NCBI GenBank assembly: GCA_032128875.1
Contig: JAVLKG010000002.1
Coordinates: forward strand, 608,001-672,000
Length of the DNA: 64,000 bases
Direction of reading: 5' to 3'
Origin: Candidatus Melainabacteria bacterium 17Bon1m
GTDB taxonomy: Bacteria; Cyanobacteriota; Vampirovibrionia; Obscuribacterales; Obscuribacteraceae
The position numbers and the translations under genes were made by a program. Below are positions 29,788-41,242 of the stretch, piece after piece. The notes below the pieces were generated by a model, which was not told where the DNA came from, did no database searches, and saw only the letters and a list, made by a program, of their open reading frames with translations. The stretch's first letter is position 1. Every line of letters starts with the position of its first letter.

Positions 29788-29848
29788 TTTTGTAGGGGAG
29801 TCGCATGCGACTCCCTGTCAGGGAAGCGCATGCGCTTCCCCTACAAAA
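29788..29848. repeat. GTAG-family REP doublet (REPIN-like) between convergent genes
   Basis: TTTT-GTAG-GGGAGTCGCATGCGACTCCC-TGTCA-GGGAAGCGCATGCGCTTCCC-CTAC-AAAA: two perfect palindromes in inverted orientation bounded by GTAG/CTAC. Confidence 0.8.
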
Positions 29849-29857
29849 ATAAACCGA

Positions 29858-30565
29858 TTAGAACAAGCCTTCGCGCATCGCTTTTACTGCGGCTTCTGTT
29901 CTGTCTGAGACGGTCAATTTTTCCATGATATGGCGCATGTGAGTCTTCACAGTTTCAAGACCCAGTTCTAACTGGTCGGCAATTTTTTGATTGCTCAAAC
30001 CTTGAGCGACCAAGCGCAAGACCTCGATTTCTCTAGGCGAGAGTCTCGTGTTTGTACGCTCTCTTGTGCGTGTTCGTGTGCCGGTGGCCGTTGAACCGCC
30101 ATTTCCTTGAGCATTCGCCGGCTTGTCTGATGCGTATGCGCAAAGAACTCTGTTTGCAATGCCTGGATCGAGCCAGACTGCGCCTTCTGCTACGCTGCGC
30201 ACCACTGTTCCCAGCTGAGCGCTGGAGATGTTTTTCAAACAATATCCATTAGCGCCAGCGCTAAGTGCTGCGAAGATCTCTTGATCGCTCTGATGGGAGG
30301 TGAGCATGATCACTCTTGTCTCCGGCAATTCCTTGCGAATGCGTCGTGTCGCTTCGATGCCGTCGACATGAGGAAGTTCAATATCCATTAGCACTACATC
30401 CGGTTTCAACTCCATGACAGTCTTCAAGCCTTCACGACCGTCTTCGGATTCGGCTATTACACTTAATCCCGGCACCTGCTCCAGTCCCATCTTCAGACCA
30501 ATACGAGTAAACTCGTGGTCTTCGACGATAACTATACGGATGGTGGACTCAGATAAATTTTGCAT
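29858..30565 (-). CDS. NarL/LuxR family DNA-binding response regulator
   Basis: IVIVEDH, PDVVLMDI, GYCLK, LSPREIEVL.LVAQGLSNQKIA..L....TVKTH. Confidence 0.95.
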   Translation of the reverse strand: MQNLSESTIRIVIVEDHEFTRIGLKMGLEQVPGLSVIAESEDGREGLKTVMELKPDVVLMDIELPHVDGIEATRRIRKELPETRVIMLTSHQSDQEIFAALSAGANGYCLKNISSAQLGTVVRSVAEGAVWLDPGIANRVLCAYASDKPANAQGNGGSTATGTRTRTRERTNTRLSPREIEVLRLVAQGLSNQKIADQLELGLETVKTHMRHIMEKLTVSDRTEAAVKAMREGLF

Positions 30566-30578
30566 TTTCCTTAACCTA

Positions 30579-32249
30579 TCAGTGTGTTGTTGCTTGCAGA
30601 TCGTTATCGTGCTGCTTGTTCGATTTTCCTTCCGGTTTTTGAACCGGTAACTTGATGTAGAAGGTGGTCAATTGACCTGGGTCGCTCTCGCACCAGATTT
30701 CGCCGTTATGGGCTTCCACGATTTTCTTGCACAGGTAAAGGCCCAGGCCCCAGCTGTGTTTGTATGTTTTTTCAGGTGATTTGTGCCAGTAACGTCTGAA
30801 TAGTTTTGGGATATCCTCCGGCTGAATGCCAGCTCCTGGGTTGGTGATACTAAACAGAACATGTCCAGGCAAGTTGCGTGCGGCTACCTTTATGTTGCTT
30901 CCTTTGGGCGAATACTTGATCGCGTTTTCGAGCAAGTTTGTGAATACCCTGCGAATTGCAGTGTGGTCTGCCCAAACTTTTTTCAGATTGGTTGGAATCT
31001 CGACTTTTACCGACAAGTCATGATCTTTGATGATCGCGGACATGTGATCCAGGCAAGATTCAACAGTAATACCGAGATTTATTGTGTCGAAGAAATGCGG
31101 CTGTGCATTTGCTTCATAGCGATAGACGTCCAGCAATTGTTGGATCATCTTGAGCAAATTGCCATTGTTTTCACGCAGCTTGGTGACGAGCATTATGAGA
31201 GAGTCGTCCAGCCTTCCGGCTGTAGACTTCATCAAGAGCTCGATCGCTCTATCGGTCGCTATGACTGGAGTTTGCAAGTCGTGTGTGAGTGTAGCCACGA
31301 AGTCTTCTCTGTAACGAGCATGCTCGACGCGCTCGGAAACATCTACCGCAATGAGAACTGCACCGATAATGCTTTGGTCCTCGCTCTCGACAGGCCAAAT
31401 GGCCAGGTCAAAGTACCCTAGACAGCCCGGTTCCTCAGAAGTTCCATTCTTGGCAACCGCGGAAATGCCATTTGTTTTTGACTCTAAGCCATCAAGGTCC
31501 TGATCGTGATTGACGCAAAACTCTCTCTCGAAGTACTTCTTGCCCTCGTTGAGAGCATCTCGGAAGGGATCTTTTGGCAACCATGGGAAGGCGTCGAAAA
31601 TATTTTTATTTTGCAGTGAGCTCGAATCTTGTTCTGCTAATGAAGCAAAAGTCGCATTGACTTCCTTAATCAGGAAATCATTGCCGATATGCACGATACC
31701 AACCGGAGCGTGTTCCAAAATCTTTTGAGTGACGCGATGCTCTTCTTTGACTTTGAATGTTTCGGCCTCATGTAAGCGCTTCGTTTCAACGAGCTTCGCC
31801 TCGTGCTCTCGTTTTTCATGGGCGAGAATTACCTCTGCCTGACGCTTCACTTCTTCGCGCATCAAATACAGATTTACGAAGACAGATACTTTGGATTTGA
31901 GCACATCTTTCGAATAAGGCTTGATTATGTAGTCGACCGCCCCTAGAGAATACCCTCTGCTCGCCTCCGCTTCTTCGCGATACATGGCAGTAATAAATAT
32001 AATTGGAATGTGTTTTGTTTTTTCTCGGAGTCGGATCAAACGTGCCGTTTCAAAACCGTCGATATCCGGCATTTGTACATCTAAAAGCACCAGCGCATAG
32101 TCGTCGGCAAGCAAGCACTTCAGCGCTTCTGCGCCGGATTTTGCAGCCACTAATTCAAGGCGCGAGTCACCTAGCGCCGCAGTCAATGCGGACAGGTTGA
32201 GTTGATTGTCATCGACAAGCAATATTTTAACTTGGTCCGTTTTCGCCAT
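30579..32249 (-). CDS. Hybrid REC-PAS-histidine kinase (OsaB-like receiver)
   Basis: KILLVDD..LNL..., LLDVQMPDIDGFETA, GAVDYI.KP...LKSKVSVFV.LY, PAS, H-box LTHDLQTP, NLLENAIKY, GLGL. Start at 32249 or 32282. Confidence 0.9.
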   Translation of the reverse strand: MAKTDQVKILLVDDNQLNLSALTAALGDSRLELVAAKSGAEALKCLLADDYALVLLDVQMPDIDGFETARLIRLREKTKHIPIIFITAMYREEAEASRGYSLGAVDYIIKPYSKDVLKSKVSVFVNLYLMREEVKRQAEVILAHEKREHEAKLVETKRLHEAETFKVKEEHRVTQKILEHAPVGIVHIGNDFLIKEVNATFASLAEQDSSSLQNKNIFDAFPWLPKDPFRDALNEGKKYFEREFCVNHDQDLDGLESKTNGISAVAKNGTSEEPGCLGYFDLAIWPVESEDQSIIGAVLIAVDVSERVEHARYREDFVATLTHDLQTPVIATDRAIELLMKSTAGRLDDSLIMLVTKLRENNGNLLKMIQQLLDVYRYEANAQPHFFDTINLGITVESCLDHMSAIIKDHDLSVKVEIPTNLKKVWADHTAIRRVFTNLLENAIKYSPKGSNIKVAARNLPGHVLFSITNPGAGIQPEDIPKLFRRYWHKSPEKTYKHSWGLGLYLCKKIVEAHNGEIWCESDPGQLTTFYIKLPVQKPEGKSNKQHDNDLQATTH

Positions 32250-33933
32250 CTTGGCTCCTTCTGGATCGAAAGTCTTTTTCATTTGGGCGGGATCTTGTTT
32301 TGATCACCCAACTGTCGACCAGGTTTTTCAGCCGCTCGAGAGTAGCTGGTTTGCTGAGGTAATCGTCCATGCCTGCCTGCAGGCATCGCTCTCTGTCGCC
32401 TTCCATCGCTTGCGCGGTAAGACCGATGATGGGGGTATGTCTTCCAATTTCGGACTCCGTGTGTCTGATGATGCCGGTGGCTTCAAAGCCGTCCACGTCA
32501 GGCATTTGGCAGTCCATCAATATAAGTGAGTATGGAGTTTTCAATGCGGCATCCACCGCTTCGCGTCCGTTGTTGACCGTGTGGCCGACATAGCCTAATT
32601 GTTTGAGTTGAAGAACAGTAACCAACTGACTGGTCTTATTGTCGTCGGCAACAAGGATCAGTTTGACTGTATCCGGAGCTTTCGCGGCATCGTTTGTTGT
32701 TAAAGCTGGCGCCGCTTTGAGATTTTGATGGCTTCTAAAAGCTGCGCGCCGCTTGCTTTCGCTCGAATCACTATCCGGTTGACCGCCCGTTGCCAGCGGT
32801 GAGCGATCGAGACTCACGATGAAAGTAAACGTCGAGCCTTTGCCCATAGTGCTGTCTACTTCGATGGTTCCGCCCATCATATCGACCAATCTCTTTGATA
32901 TGGAAAGACCAAGCCCCGTGCCACCATATCGGCGCGTTGTCGCGCCATCCACTTGCGTAAACGGACGGAACAGCAACTGCTTGTCTCGGTCGGACAAGCC
33001 GATTCCGGTATCGCTAACGGACAAGCTTATCGTGACTGATTGTTGATTTTGCGTGACAAGGGCTACTTTGAGATAAATTCCGCCTTTTGAGGTGAACTTG
33101 ATTGCGTTGGACAGTAAATTGATCAGAACTTGACGTATTCGAATGGAATCGCCGCGCAGAACATTTGGAATTGTTGGATCAATTTCAGTTTTTAGATATA
33201 TTCCTTTTTCCGATGCTGCATTTTGCAGCAACTCAATGGTGCCTTCAACGGTGGCACCAAGCTCGAAATCATGAACATCGAGATTGAGCTTTCCGGCTTC
33301 GATTTTTGAGAAATCGAGAATATCGTTGATGATTGTGAGAAGTGCAAGCCCTGAGTCTCGGATCAATGTGGCGAGGTCTTGTTGCTCGGGATCAAGTTTT
33401 GTTTTGAGCAGCAACTCGGCAAGACCGATGACACCACTCATCGGTGTCCGTATTTCATGACTCATATTGGCTAGAAATTCGCCTTTCAGCTTATTTGCTT
33501 GCATCAATTCCTGGCTTTGTCGCTCGAGAATTCTCGACTTGCGATACAGCTCTACGAAAACGGCAACCTTTGAACGCAGAATCTCCGGGGAAATCGGTTT
33601 CAACATGTAATCGACCGCACCATAGGAATAGCCGATCTGAGCTTGAGTCGGCGCGGATTCGGTACCGGTCAAAAAGATGATCGGTGTGTTGCGAGAGCGT
33701 TCGCGTTGCTGGATCAACTTAGCGGTTTCAAAACCGTCGACATCCGGCATTTGCACATCAAGAAGGATAAGCGAGAACTCCTGCTTGAGCATGCATCGCA
33801 GCGCTTCCCTTCCTGAATGCGCTTTAGTAAAGCGAATGCCTGGACCTTGCAGCATTGCTTCAAGGGCCATCAAGTTTTCTTCTTTGTCATCGACAAGAAG
33901 AATATGAGTTGAGGCATCCGTGATTTCAATCAT
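32227..33933 (-). CDS. Hybrid REC-histidine kinase-REC
   Basis: OsaB-like N-terminal [38 protein letters not shown]-terminal REC (LMDCQMP...YLSKP). Confidence 0.93.
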   Translation of the reverse strand: MIEITDASTHILLVDDKEENLMALEAMLQGPGIRFTKAHSGREALRCMLKQEFSLILLDVQMPDVDGFETAKLIQQRERSRNTPIIFLTGTESAPTQAQIGYSYGAVDYMLKPISPEILRSKVAVFVELYRKSRILERQSQELMQANKLKGEFLANMSHEIRTPMSGVIGLAELLLKTKLDPEQQDLATLIRDSGLALLTIINDILDFSKIEAGKLNLDVHDFELGATVEGTIELLQNAASEKGIYLKTEIDPTIPNVLRGDSIRIRQVLINLLSNAIKFTSKGGIYLKVALVTQNQQSVTISLSVSDTGIGLSDRDKQLLFRPFTQVDGATTRRYGGTGLGLSISKRLVDMMGGTIEVDSTMGKGSTFTFIVSLDRSPLATGGQPDSDSSESKRRAAFRSHQNLKAAPALTTNDAAKAPDTVKLILVADDNKTSQLVTVLQLKQLGYVGHTVNNGREAVDAALKTPYSLILMDCQMPDVDGFEATGIIRHTESEIGRHTPIIGLTAQAMEGDRERCLQAGMDDYLSKPATLERLKNLVDSWVIKTRSRPNEKDFRSRRSQDGENGPS

Positions 33934-33986
33934 TTTTCTGATTCCATTATCAGGGGTGTGATTCCACACCCCTGATTACCATTTAT

Positions 33987-36900
33987 TTAGCGGTACAACC
34001 ACACTCTCAAGAGTGAGAGCAGTCTGTCCGTATCAACCGGCTTGGCAATGTAGTCAGAAGCTCCGGAGTCCAGGCACTTCTCGCGGTCTCCTTTCATCGC
34101 TTTTGCAGTAAGAGCAATGATTGGCAAGGTCTTGAACTTCGGCATCTCGCGAATTGCCATAGTCGTCTCGTAGCCGTCCATGCCTGGGAGCATGATGTCC
34201 ATCAAAACAACTGATATGTCTGGCGTATTGTCGAGAATTTCCAGTGCTTCTTTGCCGCTTTCAGCATAGAGCACGTTCATCTCTTGCCGTTCGAGAATGC
34301 TGGTCAATGCGAAGATATTGCGTACGTCGTCATCGACGATGAGCACTTTTCTTCCAACAAGAACAGGATCAGTTTGATGCACCTCCTCGAGCATCTTACG
34401 TTTGTACTCAGGCAGATTGGCTTCGACTCTGTGCAAGAAGAGTGAAGTTTCATCGAGCAGTCTTTCAGGCGATTGAACGTCTTTTACGACCACTGTGTTG
34501 GTTAACTTCTTAATTTCCATTTCTTGCTTTGGTGTCAGTTCCTGCCCGGTGTAAATGACGACGGGCATGTCAGGCATTTGAAGTTCTTTCTGCACTTTGC
34601 GGATGAATTCAATACCTGCCATGTCAGCTAGTTCCAATCCGAGAACAACACAATCAAAGGCGCCGTCCTTCAGCTTGTTGACTGCTTCTTCACCAGTATC
34701 TGCCGTTGCAATTTCAACATCATCGCCCTGAATCAATTCGACAAGAGCATCACGGTGTTCGTGATTGTTGTCGACGATAAGCAGAGATTTACGCTCGCGC
34801 TCGATAAATCCTCTTATGTTGCTGAGCGCATCGACGATGCTGTCCTTGCTGACTGGTTTTTCAAGATAGCCTATGGCACCTTGTCTCAAACCACGCCAGC
34901 GTTGCGAATCAACTGAGATAACGTGCACTGGAATGTGTCTGGTGTTGGGATCGTGCTTGATTCTATCCAGCACTGTCCAACCATCCATATCAGGCAAGTT
35001 GAGGTCGAGAGTGATTGCCTCAGGCTTGTATTTCTTGGCTAATGCCAGAGCGGTTTCACCATCCTGAGCAACAATGCCCTTGAACTCTTTCTCGTGAACA
35101 AGATCGACCATCAGGCTGGCGAAATTCGGATCATCTTCAACAATGAGCACGGTGCGATCGCCTGCTTCGATTGCGTCGCGATCGTCATTGACTGTGAGCT
35201 CATGACGCGGCATTGTTTGCGTCATCGCTTCATAGAGAATCTCCGGTTCGCGATCTTTGGTTGCGTTTTGACCTTGAGTCTTTTGCGCATAGACCTTTGC
35301 TGCTTCCGGCAGGTAGGTCTTAGGAATGTACAGAGTGAATACGCTGCCTTCGTCAGGAGTGCTTATGACGCGAATTTCACCTCCGAGCAATGTGGCGATT
35401 TCGCGGCTGATTGCGAGCCCTAAGCCTGTGCCGCCGAACTTACGGCTAGTTGTGCCGTCAGCCTGGTGGAAGGCTTCGAAGATGATACCTTGCTTGTCGA
35501 ATGGGATGCCGATACCTGTGTCTGAAACAGTGAATGCAATCACTGAATCAGCCATATTCAGCACTTCCATGTCAGGCGACCAACCGGATTCGACGGTTTT
35601 GATATTGAGTGCCACGCTTCCCTTTTCCGTGAACTTGATGGCGTTGGAAAGGAGGTTCTTCAATACCTGGTGCAGACGCTTCCAGTCTGTGTAGACAAGT
35701 TTTGGAGCGTTCTCGTCGACGGCGACTGAGAATTCCAATTTCTTGTCTTCGGCAATTTGGCGGAATCCTCTGTCCATGTCGTTGCGAATGTCGGACACAA
35801 AGATGTCGGACAGTTCGACGGTCATGGTTCCAGATTCAATCTTAGACAGATCGAGGATGTCGCTGATCAATCCCAACAAATCTGTTCCGGATGAATAGAT
35901 TGTGTTGGCGAAATCAATTTGTTTCTCCGTCAAGTTGCCTTCTACGTTTTCGGCAAGTAGCTTGGAGAGAATCAAGAGTGAATTGAGCGGTGTGCGCAGT
36001 TCGTGCGACATGTTTGCAAGGAACTCGGACTTGTACTTGGAAGTAAGAGCAAGCTGTTTTGCTTTTTCTTCCAGTGAGAGTCGAGCTTGTTCGATTTCTC
36101 TGTTCTTGCGTTCGACCTCTTTGTTCTGCATTTGCAGCAATCGAGCTTTTTCTTGCAATTCTTCGTTTGTTTGTTGCAGCTCTTCTTGTTGCTCTGTGAG
36201 CAGGTTTTCTGATTCCTTGAGGTTCTTCGCTTGTTGTTCCAATCGTTGGTTGGTTTCTGTAAGCTCTTGTTGCTGTGCTTGCAGTTCTTGCGCCAATGAC
36301 TGGGACTGAGCCAGAAGGTTTTCTGTTCTGGAGTTGGCTTCGATGGTGTTCAGCACGATACCGATTGATTCGGTGAGCTGATCCAAGAACGCCAAGTGGA
36401 TGTCGCTGAATCGTTGGAAAGATGCCAGCTCGATTACCGCTCGTACTTCACCTTCAAACAGTACCGGCAGAACAACGATGTTTAGCGGTGTTCCTTCGCC
36501 CAGTCCGGAGTTGATTCTGACGTAATCATTTGGCGCGTCGTGAACAAGAATTCTTTGTTTTTCGATAGCGCACTGGCCGACCAGTCCTTCACGCATTCGG
36601 AATCGATCAGATAGATTCTTTCTTTCTCTGTACGCGTAACTACCGATCAACTTCAGCACTTGTTCATTTTCTTCTTCGTCATCGACTTCGTTGAGGTAGA
36701 ACACACCGTGTTGCGCGGTTACCAGTGGTGCCAACTCAGACAAGATCAAGTTTGACACTGTGAGCAAGTCTCTTTGACCTTGTAGCATTCGAGTGAATTT
36801 CGCCAAGTTGGTCTTGAGCCAGTCTTGTTCCGTGTTCTTCTGTGTCGTGTCCTTCAGGTTCCAGATCATTTCGTTGATGTTGTCTTTCAACGCCGCAACT

Positions 36901-39290
36901 TCGCCTTGCGCTTCTACGGTAATCGATCGGGTCAAGTCACCCTTCGTCACGGCGGTTGCTACTTCTGCGATAGCCCGTACCTGTCCGGTCAAGTTCGCAG
37001 CGAGCTGGTTGACGTTGTCTGTGAGATCCCTCCACGTACCGGCGGCACCAGGCACCCTTGCCTGACCACCGAGTTTTCCTTCAACACCTACTTCCCGGGC
37101 AACTGTAGTTACCTGGTCTGCGAATGTCGCCAGAGTGTCGATCATCTCGTTGATGGTGTCTGACAGAGCCGCGATTTCGCCTTTGGCTTGCAAGGCTAGT
37201 TTTCGTTTCAAGTTGCCGACGGCTACCGCGGTTACAACGCCCGCAATACCCCGCACCTGCTCTGTGAGGTTACCTGCCATGGAGTTTACGTTATCGGTTA
37301 GATCTTTCCAAATACCGCCCACCCCTTGTACGTCCGCTTGTCCTCCGAGTTTTCCTTCGGTTCCTACTTCCCGGGCTACCCGTGTAACTTCTGCCGCGAA
37401 AGACGAGAGCTGGTCAACCATGGTGTTGATTGTGTTTTTCAGCTCTAAGATTTCGCCCTTAACGTCTACAGTAATCTTCTTGGACAAGTCGCCTCGGGCT
37501 ACAGATGTCGTAACGTCTGCGATGTTACGCACCTGAGATGTGAGGTTCGACGCCATGTAATTTACGTTGTCCGTCAAATCCTTCCAGGTGCCGGACACAC
37601 CTTTTACATCCGCCTGACCACCGAGTTTTCCTTCCGTACCTACTTCTCTTGCAACCCGTGTTACTTCTGATGCGAATGATGAGAGCTGGTCAACCATGGT
37701 GTTGATTGTGTTTTTCAACTCCAAGATTTCGCCTTTAACGTCTACAGTGATCTTCTTCGAAAGGTCACCGTTCGCAACCGCAGTCGTTACGTCCGCGATG
37801 TTACGTACTTGCGACGTGAGGTTGGACGCCATGTAATTTACCGAGTCGGTCAAATCTTTCCAGGTACCGGACACACCTTTAACGTCCGCCTGACCACCGA
37901 GTTTTCCTTCCGTACCTACTTCTCTTGCAACCCGTGTTACTTCTGCCGCGAATGATGAGAGCTGGTCCACCATGGTGTTGATGGTGTCTTTCAGCTCCAA
38001 GATTTCGCCTTTTACGTCTACGGTAATCTTCTTCGAAAGGTCACCGTTCGCAACTGCGGTCGTAACGTTCGCGATGTTCCGCACCTGAGCTGTCAGGTTG
38101 CCTGCCATGTAATTTACTGAGTCAGTCAAATCCTTCCAGGTACCGGCGACCCCTTTTACTTTCGCCTGACCGCCGAGTTTTCCTTCCGTACCTACTTCTC
38201 TTGCAACCCGTGTTACTTCGGATGCGAAGGAGGACAGCTGATCCACCATTGTGTTGATTGTGATCTTCAACTCCAAGATTTCGCCTTTAACGTCTACGGT
38301 GATCTTCTTCGAAAGGTCACCGTTGGCAACTGCGGTCGTAACGTTCGCGATGTTCCGCACCTGAGCTGTCAGGTTGCCTGCCATCGAATTTACGTTATCG
38401 GTCAAATCCTTCCAGGTGCCGCTGACGCCTTTTACAATCGCCTGACCGCCTAGCTTTCCTTCAGTACCTACTTCCCGGGCAACCCGTGTTACTTCGGATG
38501 CGAAAGAGGACAGCTGGTCCACCATGGTGTTGATGGTGTTTTTGAGCTCCAAGATTTCGCCCTTTACGTCTACCGTAATTTTCTTGGAGAGGTCGCCGTT
38601 TGCAACGGCGGTTGTTACTTCTGCGATGTTCCGCACCTGTGCTGTCAGGTTACTTGCCATCGAGTTTACTGAGTCAGTCAAGTCTTTCCACGTTCCGCTT
38701 ACGCCTTTGACCTGAGCCTGACCGCCGAGTTTTCCTTCGGTACCTACTTCTCTTGCAACCCGTGTTACTTCTGATGCGAATGACGAAAGCTGGTCAACCA
38801 TTGTGTTGATCGTTTTCGCTGTTCGGAGGAACTCCCCTTTGAGTGGCGCTCCATCGATTTCGAGTGACATGGTTTGGCTGAGGTCGCCTTTTGCTACCGC
38901 CCCGATAACCCGGGCAACTTCTGTCGTGGGCCGCACCATGTCTGATACCAGAAGGTTGACTGAGTCCATGCAATCAGCCCAGCCCCCGGACACATCACCA
39001 AGTGACGCGCGGTGACCGATCTTACCTTCCTTACCAACAACGGTTGAGACTCGCTGTAGCTCGCGCACCATGCGCTCATTCAGCTCCGCCGCGTCGTTGA
39101 AAGCTACCGCTATTTCCCCGGCAATGCCGGTCTGGTCGAGCGGCAATCTAACTGAAAAGTCACCGCGAGACAGCATTCGCAGTGCCTTTAGTAATTGCTT
39201 CGCATCGATCACTTCTTTCTCAAGTGTCGCCGGCGACAATTTCTTGCTGCCGTTCGTGTCTGTGGAAGCACGAGATTTGGTTGTTGGCAT
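33987..39290 (-). CDS. Poly-HAMP hybrid histidine kinase (OsaA / fungal group III Nik1-like) with GAF and three receiver domains
   Basis: Seven 92-aa repeats ([19 protein letters not shown]...WKDLTD.VN.MA.NLT.QVR) plus one degenerate unit, GAF, coiled coil, [12 protein letters not shown], HATPase, three REC domains. Confidence 0.96.
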   Translation of the reverse strand: MPTTKSRASTDTNGSKKLSPATLEKEVIDAKQLLKALRMLSRGDFSVRLPLDQTGIAGEIAVAFNDAAELNERMVRELQRVSTVVGKEGKIGHRASLGDVSGGWADCMDSVNLLVSDMVRPTTEVARVIGAVAKGDLSQTMSLEIDGAPLKGEFLRTAKTINTMVDQLSSFASEVTRVAREVGTEGKLGGQAQVKGVSGTWKDLTDSVNSMASNLTAQVRNIAEVTTAVANGDLSKKITVDVKGEILELKNTINTMVDQLSSFASEVTRVAREVGTEGKLGGQAIVKGVSGTWKDLTDNVNSMAGNLTAQVRNIANVTTAVANGDLSKKITVDVKGEILELKITINTMVDQLSSFASEVTRVAREVGTEGKLGGQAKVKGVAGTWKDLTDSVNYMAGNLTAQVRNIANVTTAVANGDLSKKITVDVKGEILELKDTINTMVDQLSSFAAEVTRVAREVGTEGKLGGQADVKGVSGTWKDLTDSVNYMASNLTSQVRNIADVTTAVANGDLSKKITVDVKGEILELKNTINTMVDQLSSFASEVTRVAREVGTEGKLGGQADVKGVSGTWKDLTDNVNYMASNLTSQVRNIADVTTSVARGDLSKKITVDVKGEILELKNTINTMVDQLSSFAAEVTRVAREVGTEGKLGGQADVQGVGGIWKDLTDNVNSMAGNLTEQVRGIAGVVTAVAVGNLKRKLALQAKGEIAALSDTINEMIDTLATFADQVTTVAREVGVEGKLGGQARVPGAAGTWRDLTDNVNQLAANLTGQVRAIAEVATAVTKGDLTRSITVEAQGEVAALKDNINEMIWNLKDTTQKNTEQDWLKTNLAKFTRMLQGQRDLLTVSNLILSELAPLVTAQHGVFYLNEVDDEEENEQVLKLIGSYAYRERKNLSDRFRMREGLVGQCAIEKQRILVHDAPNDYVRINSGLGEGTPLNIVVLPVLFEGEVRAVIELASFQRFSDIHLAFLDQLTESIGIVLNTIEANSRTENLLAQSQSLAQELQAQQQELTETNQRLEQQAKNLKESENLLTEQQEELQQTNEELQEKARLLQMQNKEVERKNREIEQARLSLEEKAKQLALTSKYKSEFLANMSHELRTPLNSLLILSKLLAENVEGNLTEKQIDFANTIYSSGTDLLGLISDILDLSKIESGTMTVELSDIFVSDIRNDMDRGFRQIAEDKKLEFSVAVDENAPKLVYTDWKRLHQVLKNLLSNAIKFTEKGSVALNIKTVESGWSPDMEVLNMADSVIAFTVSDTGIGIPFDKQGIIFEAFHQADGTTSRKFGGTGLGLAISREIATLLGGEIRVISTPDEGSVFTLYIPKTYLPEAAKVYAQKTQGQNATKDREPEILYEAMTQTMPRHELTVNDDRDAIEAGDRTVLIVEDDPNFASLMVDLVHEKEFKGIVAQDGETALALAKKYKPEAITLDLNLPDMDGWTVLDRIKHDPNTRHIPVHVISVDSQRWRGLRQGAIGYLEKPVSKDSIVDALSNIRGFIERERKSLLIVDNNHEHRDALVELIQGDDVEIATADTGEEAVNKLKDGAFDCVVLGLELADMAGIEFIRKVQKELQMPDMPVVIYTGQELTPKQEMEIKKLTNTVVVKDVQSPERLLDETSLFLHRVEANLPEYKRKMLEEVHQTDPVLVGRKVLIVDDDVRNIFALTSILERQEMNVLYAESGKEALEILDNTPDISVVLMDIMLPGMDGYETTMAIREMPKFKTLPIIALTAKAMKGDREKCLDSGASDYIAKPVDTDRLLSLLRVWLYR
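36870..38810 (-). repeat. 276-bp tandem coding repeat (HAMP-pair units)
   Basis: AGCTGGTC(A/C)ACCAT(G/T)GTGTTGAT-like string recurs near 37408, 37684, 37960, 38236, 38512 and 38788 (period 276). Confidence 0.9.
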
Positions 39291-39742
39291 GGGCGGTTTT
39301 TCCGTATGTTGTTTTTGAGGGCGAACTATGGGCGTTTTGCGGATTTAACAGTGAAATTAACAAAAATTGCCAAGCGGAAAGAGCGCGGGACGTCTCCCGC
39401 GATATATAAAGGACTTCTTTTTATGTTCCACGATTGCATCGTATCGCGCTCACTCCATGTGGGCATCGCGCAACGTCGGTATGACGCGTCAGGTGAGACT
39501 AGTCACGCGGGATAAAGTTCCCACGTATTTATTGAGTTTCCAGACTTTAATGGTGGGAAGTGTACAGATTCCCGAATATTAAATCTGCCATTTAATCTTA
39601 GGTAAAACGCGGCAGAGCCCAGGCTGGAGCTGCAATTTGGTCTGAGAACGAACAGTATGGAGCATGCACTCGTTCGGGGTCTGACCAAACACCCTCCCTT
39701 GGAATCTGTCTGATTCGGTGGCCTCTCGGGACGAAAGTGACC

Positions 39743-40990
39743 CTAAAAAGTGTGATTTGAACCTGCAGTAGTTTCTGTGCCTGAGTTTCCGTTGATTGCG
39801 AGCGCCTGGCGGACTTTTCGGTTCATGCTCAGAGACTTGGCGACCATGTCCATGAATTTTGCGCCGCCCTGCGCGTTTAGGTGGGCAGTATCTTGGAAGT
39901 CGGAATCATGGAAGATCCAGTGGCTGTTCAGATCGATGAATGAAAACTCGCCACGCTGCGCGCGCGCATTCATTTCCGTCATGTACTTCTCGTACATTCC
40001 TTTCGGCATCAAAGACATGTTTTTCTCAGTGAGAGGCATGTTTGCCACCACTACTTTCACATTGTTGGCTTTTGCGTCTGACAGCAATTTATCGAAAAAT
40101 GCAATTTGATTTTGGAACAATTTTTCGTTCGGTGAAGCGAAGCGTTTTTTATACTCTCGAGTGTTATCTTTCCACGGAATTACCTGATGTGGTGGCAGTA
40201 CGAAATTGCCTTCTGTGACCGTTGCATTACCGAGAATATTGCCATCACCTTTTTCGTCGGTACCTTTCGCATCGAAGTTCGAAATCGGAATTCCTGACAG
40301 CGCACTCTTGCCTGCTTCATTAAGTGGCTTGGAGAAGTAGGTCTGCAATTCCAATCGCTTGTCGGAAAGATAATTGATGTTGTTGTAAAACGCTTCTGCT
40401 GCGGCTTGTGGGGAAACAGTCAGAAGGTGCCGAACATCATTTGTTTTGTCGAAGTGACGAAAAAATTGGTAGGTAGGTGTGGAAGTTGCTGAATCAACAC
40501 CACTGTCGATAAAGTCTCTGAGGGTCAGACCCAGTAGTATCACTTTTGGTGCCCGCTCGCCATTGAAAAGTGAGTGCTCTGTGAAATACTGGTCGGAAAT
40601 CATCGCGCCTGGCAAGGCAAAGTTGAAACACGAAATTCCTTTTGGTGCGCCAACTTCTTGCAGCTTATTTTCCAGGAAAACAGAGTGAGGATGCTTTACT
40701 GCGTCGATATTCTTGTTGAGAAAATCTGCGTCAATTAGTGATGTGGGAATCATCATCAATGACGAACCCATTACCACCACATCTGGTGCCTTAGGTTCTG
40801 CCAAATAGGATTTGGTGCGCCACCATTCCCAGGACAAACGCACGGGCAATTCGGTCGGCTTAACCTGTAGGTTAGGTTTGATGACCGAAAGTGCAATGTT
40901 GATTCCAGCGAAGGCGATCAGGGCGCAAACAATCGGACGTCCGGGGATAACGGACAGCCATGATTTCTTATCCTGCTTTTCTTCTGACAT
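39743..40990 (-). CDS. Membrane-anchored SGNH-like protein (DUF1574/DltD/AlgX-like)
   Basis: N-terminal TM, VVVMGSSL, FNFALPG, VVVANMP, DFQDTAHLN (DxxH). ATG 40990 is preferred. Confidence 0.75.
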   Translation of the reverse strand: MSEEKQDKKSWLSVIPGRPIVCALIAFAGINIALSVIKPNLQVKPTELPVRLSWEWWRTKSYLAEPKAPDVVVMGSSLMMIPTSLIDADFLNKNIDAVKHPHSVFLENKLQEVGAPKGISCFNFALPGAMISDQYFTEHSLFNGERAPKVILLGLTLRDFIDSGVDSATSTPTYQFFRHFDKTNDVRHLLTVSPQAAAEAFYNNINYLSDKRLELQTYFSKPLNEAGKSALSGIPISNFDAKGTDEKGDGNILGNATVTEGNFVLPPHQVIPWKDNTREYKKRFASPNEKLFQNQIAFFDKLLSDAKANNVKVVVANMPLTEKNMSLMPKGMYEKYMTEMNARAQRGEFSFIDLNSHWIFHDSDFQDTAHLNAQGGAKFMDMVAKSLSMNRKVRQALAINGNSGTETTAGSNHTF

Positions 40991-41242
40991 TTTCTCGCTT
41001 TCGCAAAATGGGTGAGGCTTTTCGCCGCCCGGCTCATAATTGTAAAGGTGATTGGGCTCCCCGTAGCCGACATTAACCATTAGTTAGGTGCCAAATCTGG
41101 AAAGCCTAGCTATTTGGGGCTCTCGGCTTATACTGTCGGTAATAATGAGCATTTGCTTATGTGTATGCCTCTAGTACTCAAGGGCGAAGCCAGTGATTCG
41201 GATTTGAGTCGCGAAACGCTGCGCCAGTGAGGATTTTCGTGT

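Noticed and set aside
36870-38810. Regular repeats as a CRISPR array or DGR template/variable repeat
   Set aside because: The period is 276 bp, in frame, and encodes HAMP units; there are no unique spacers, cas genes or reverse transcriptase.
39705-39745. Hammerhead ribozyme (CTGA...CGAAA)
   Set aside because: The core reads CTGATTC rather than CTGANGA and the required stems are not evident.
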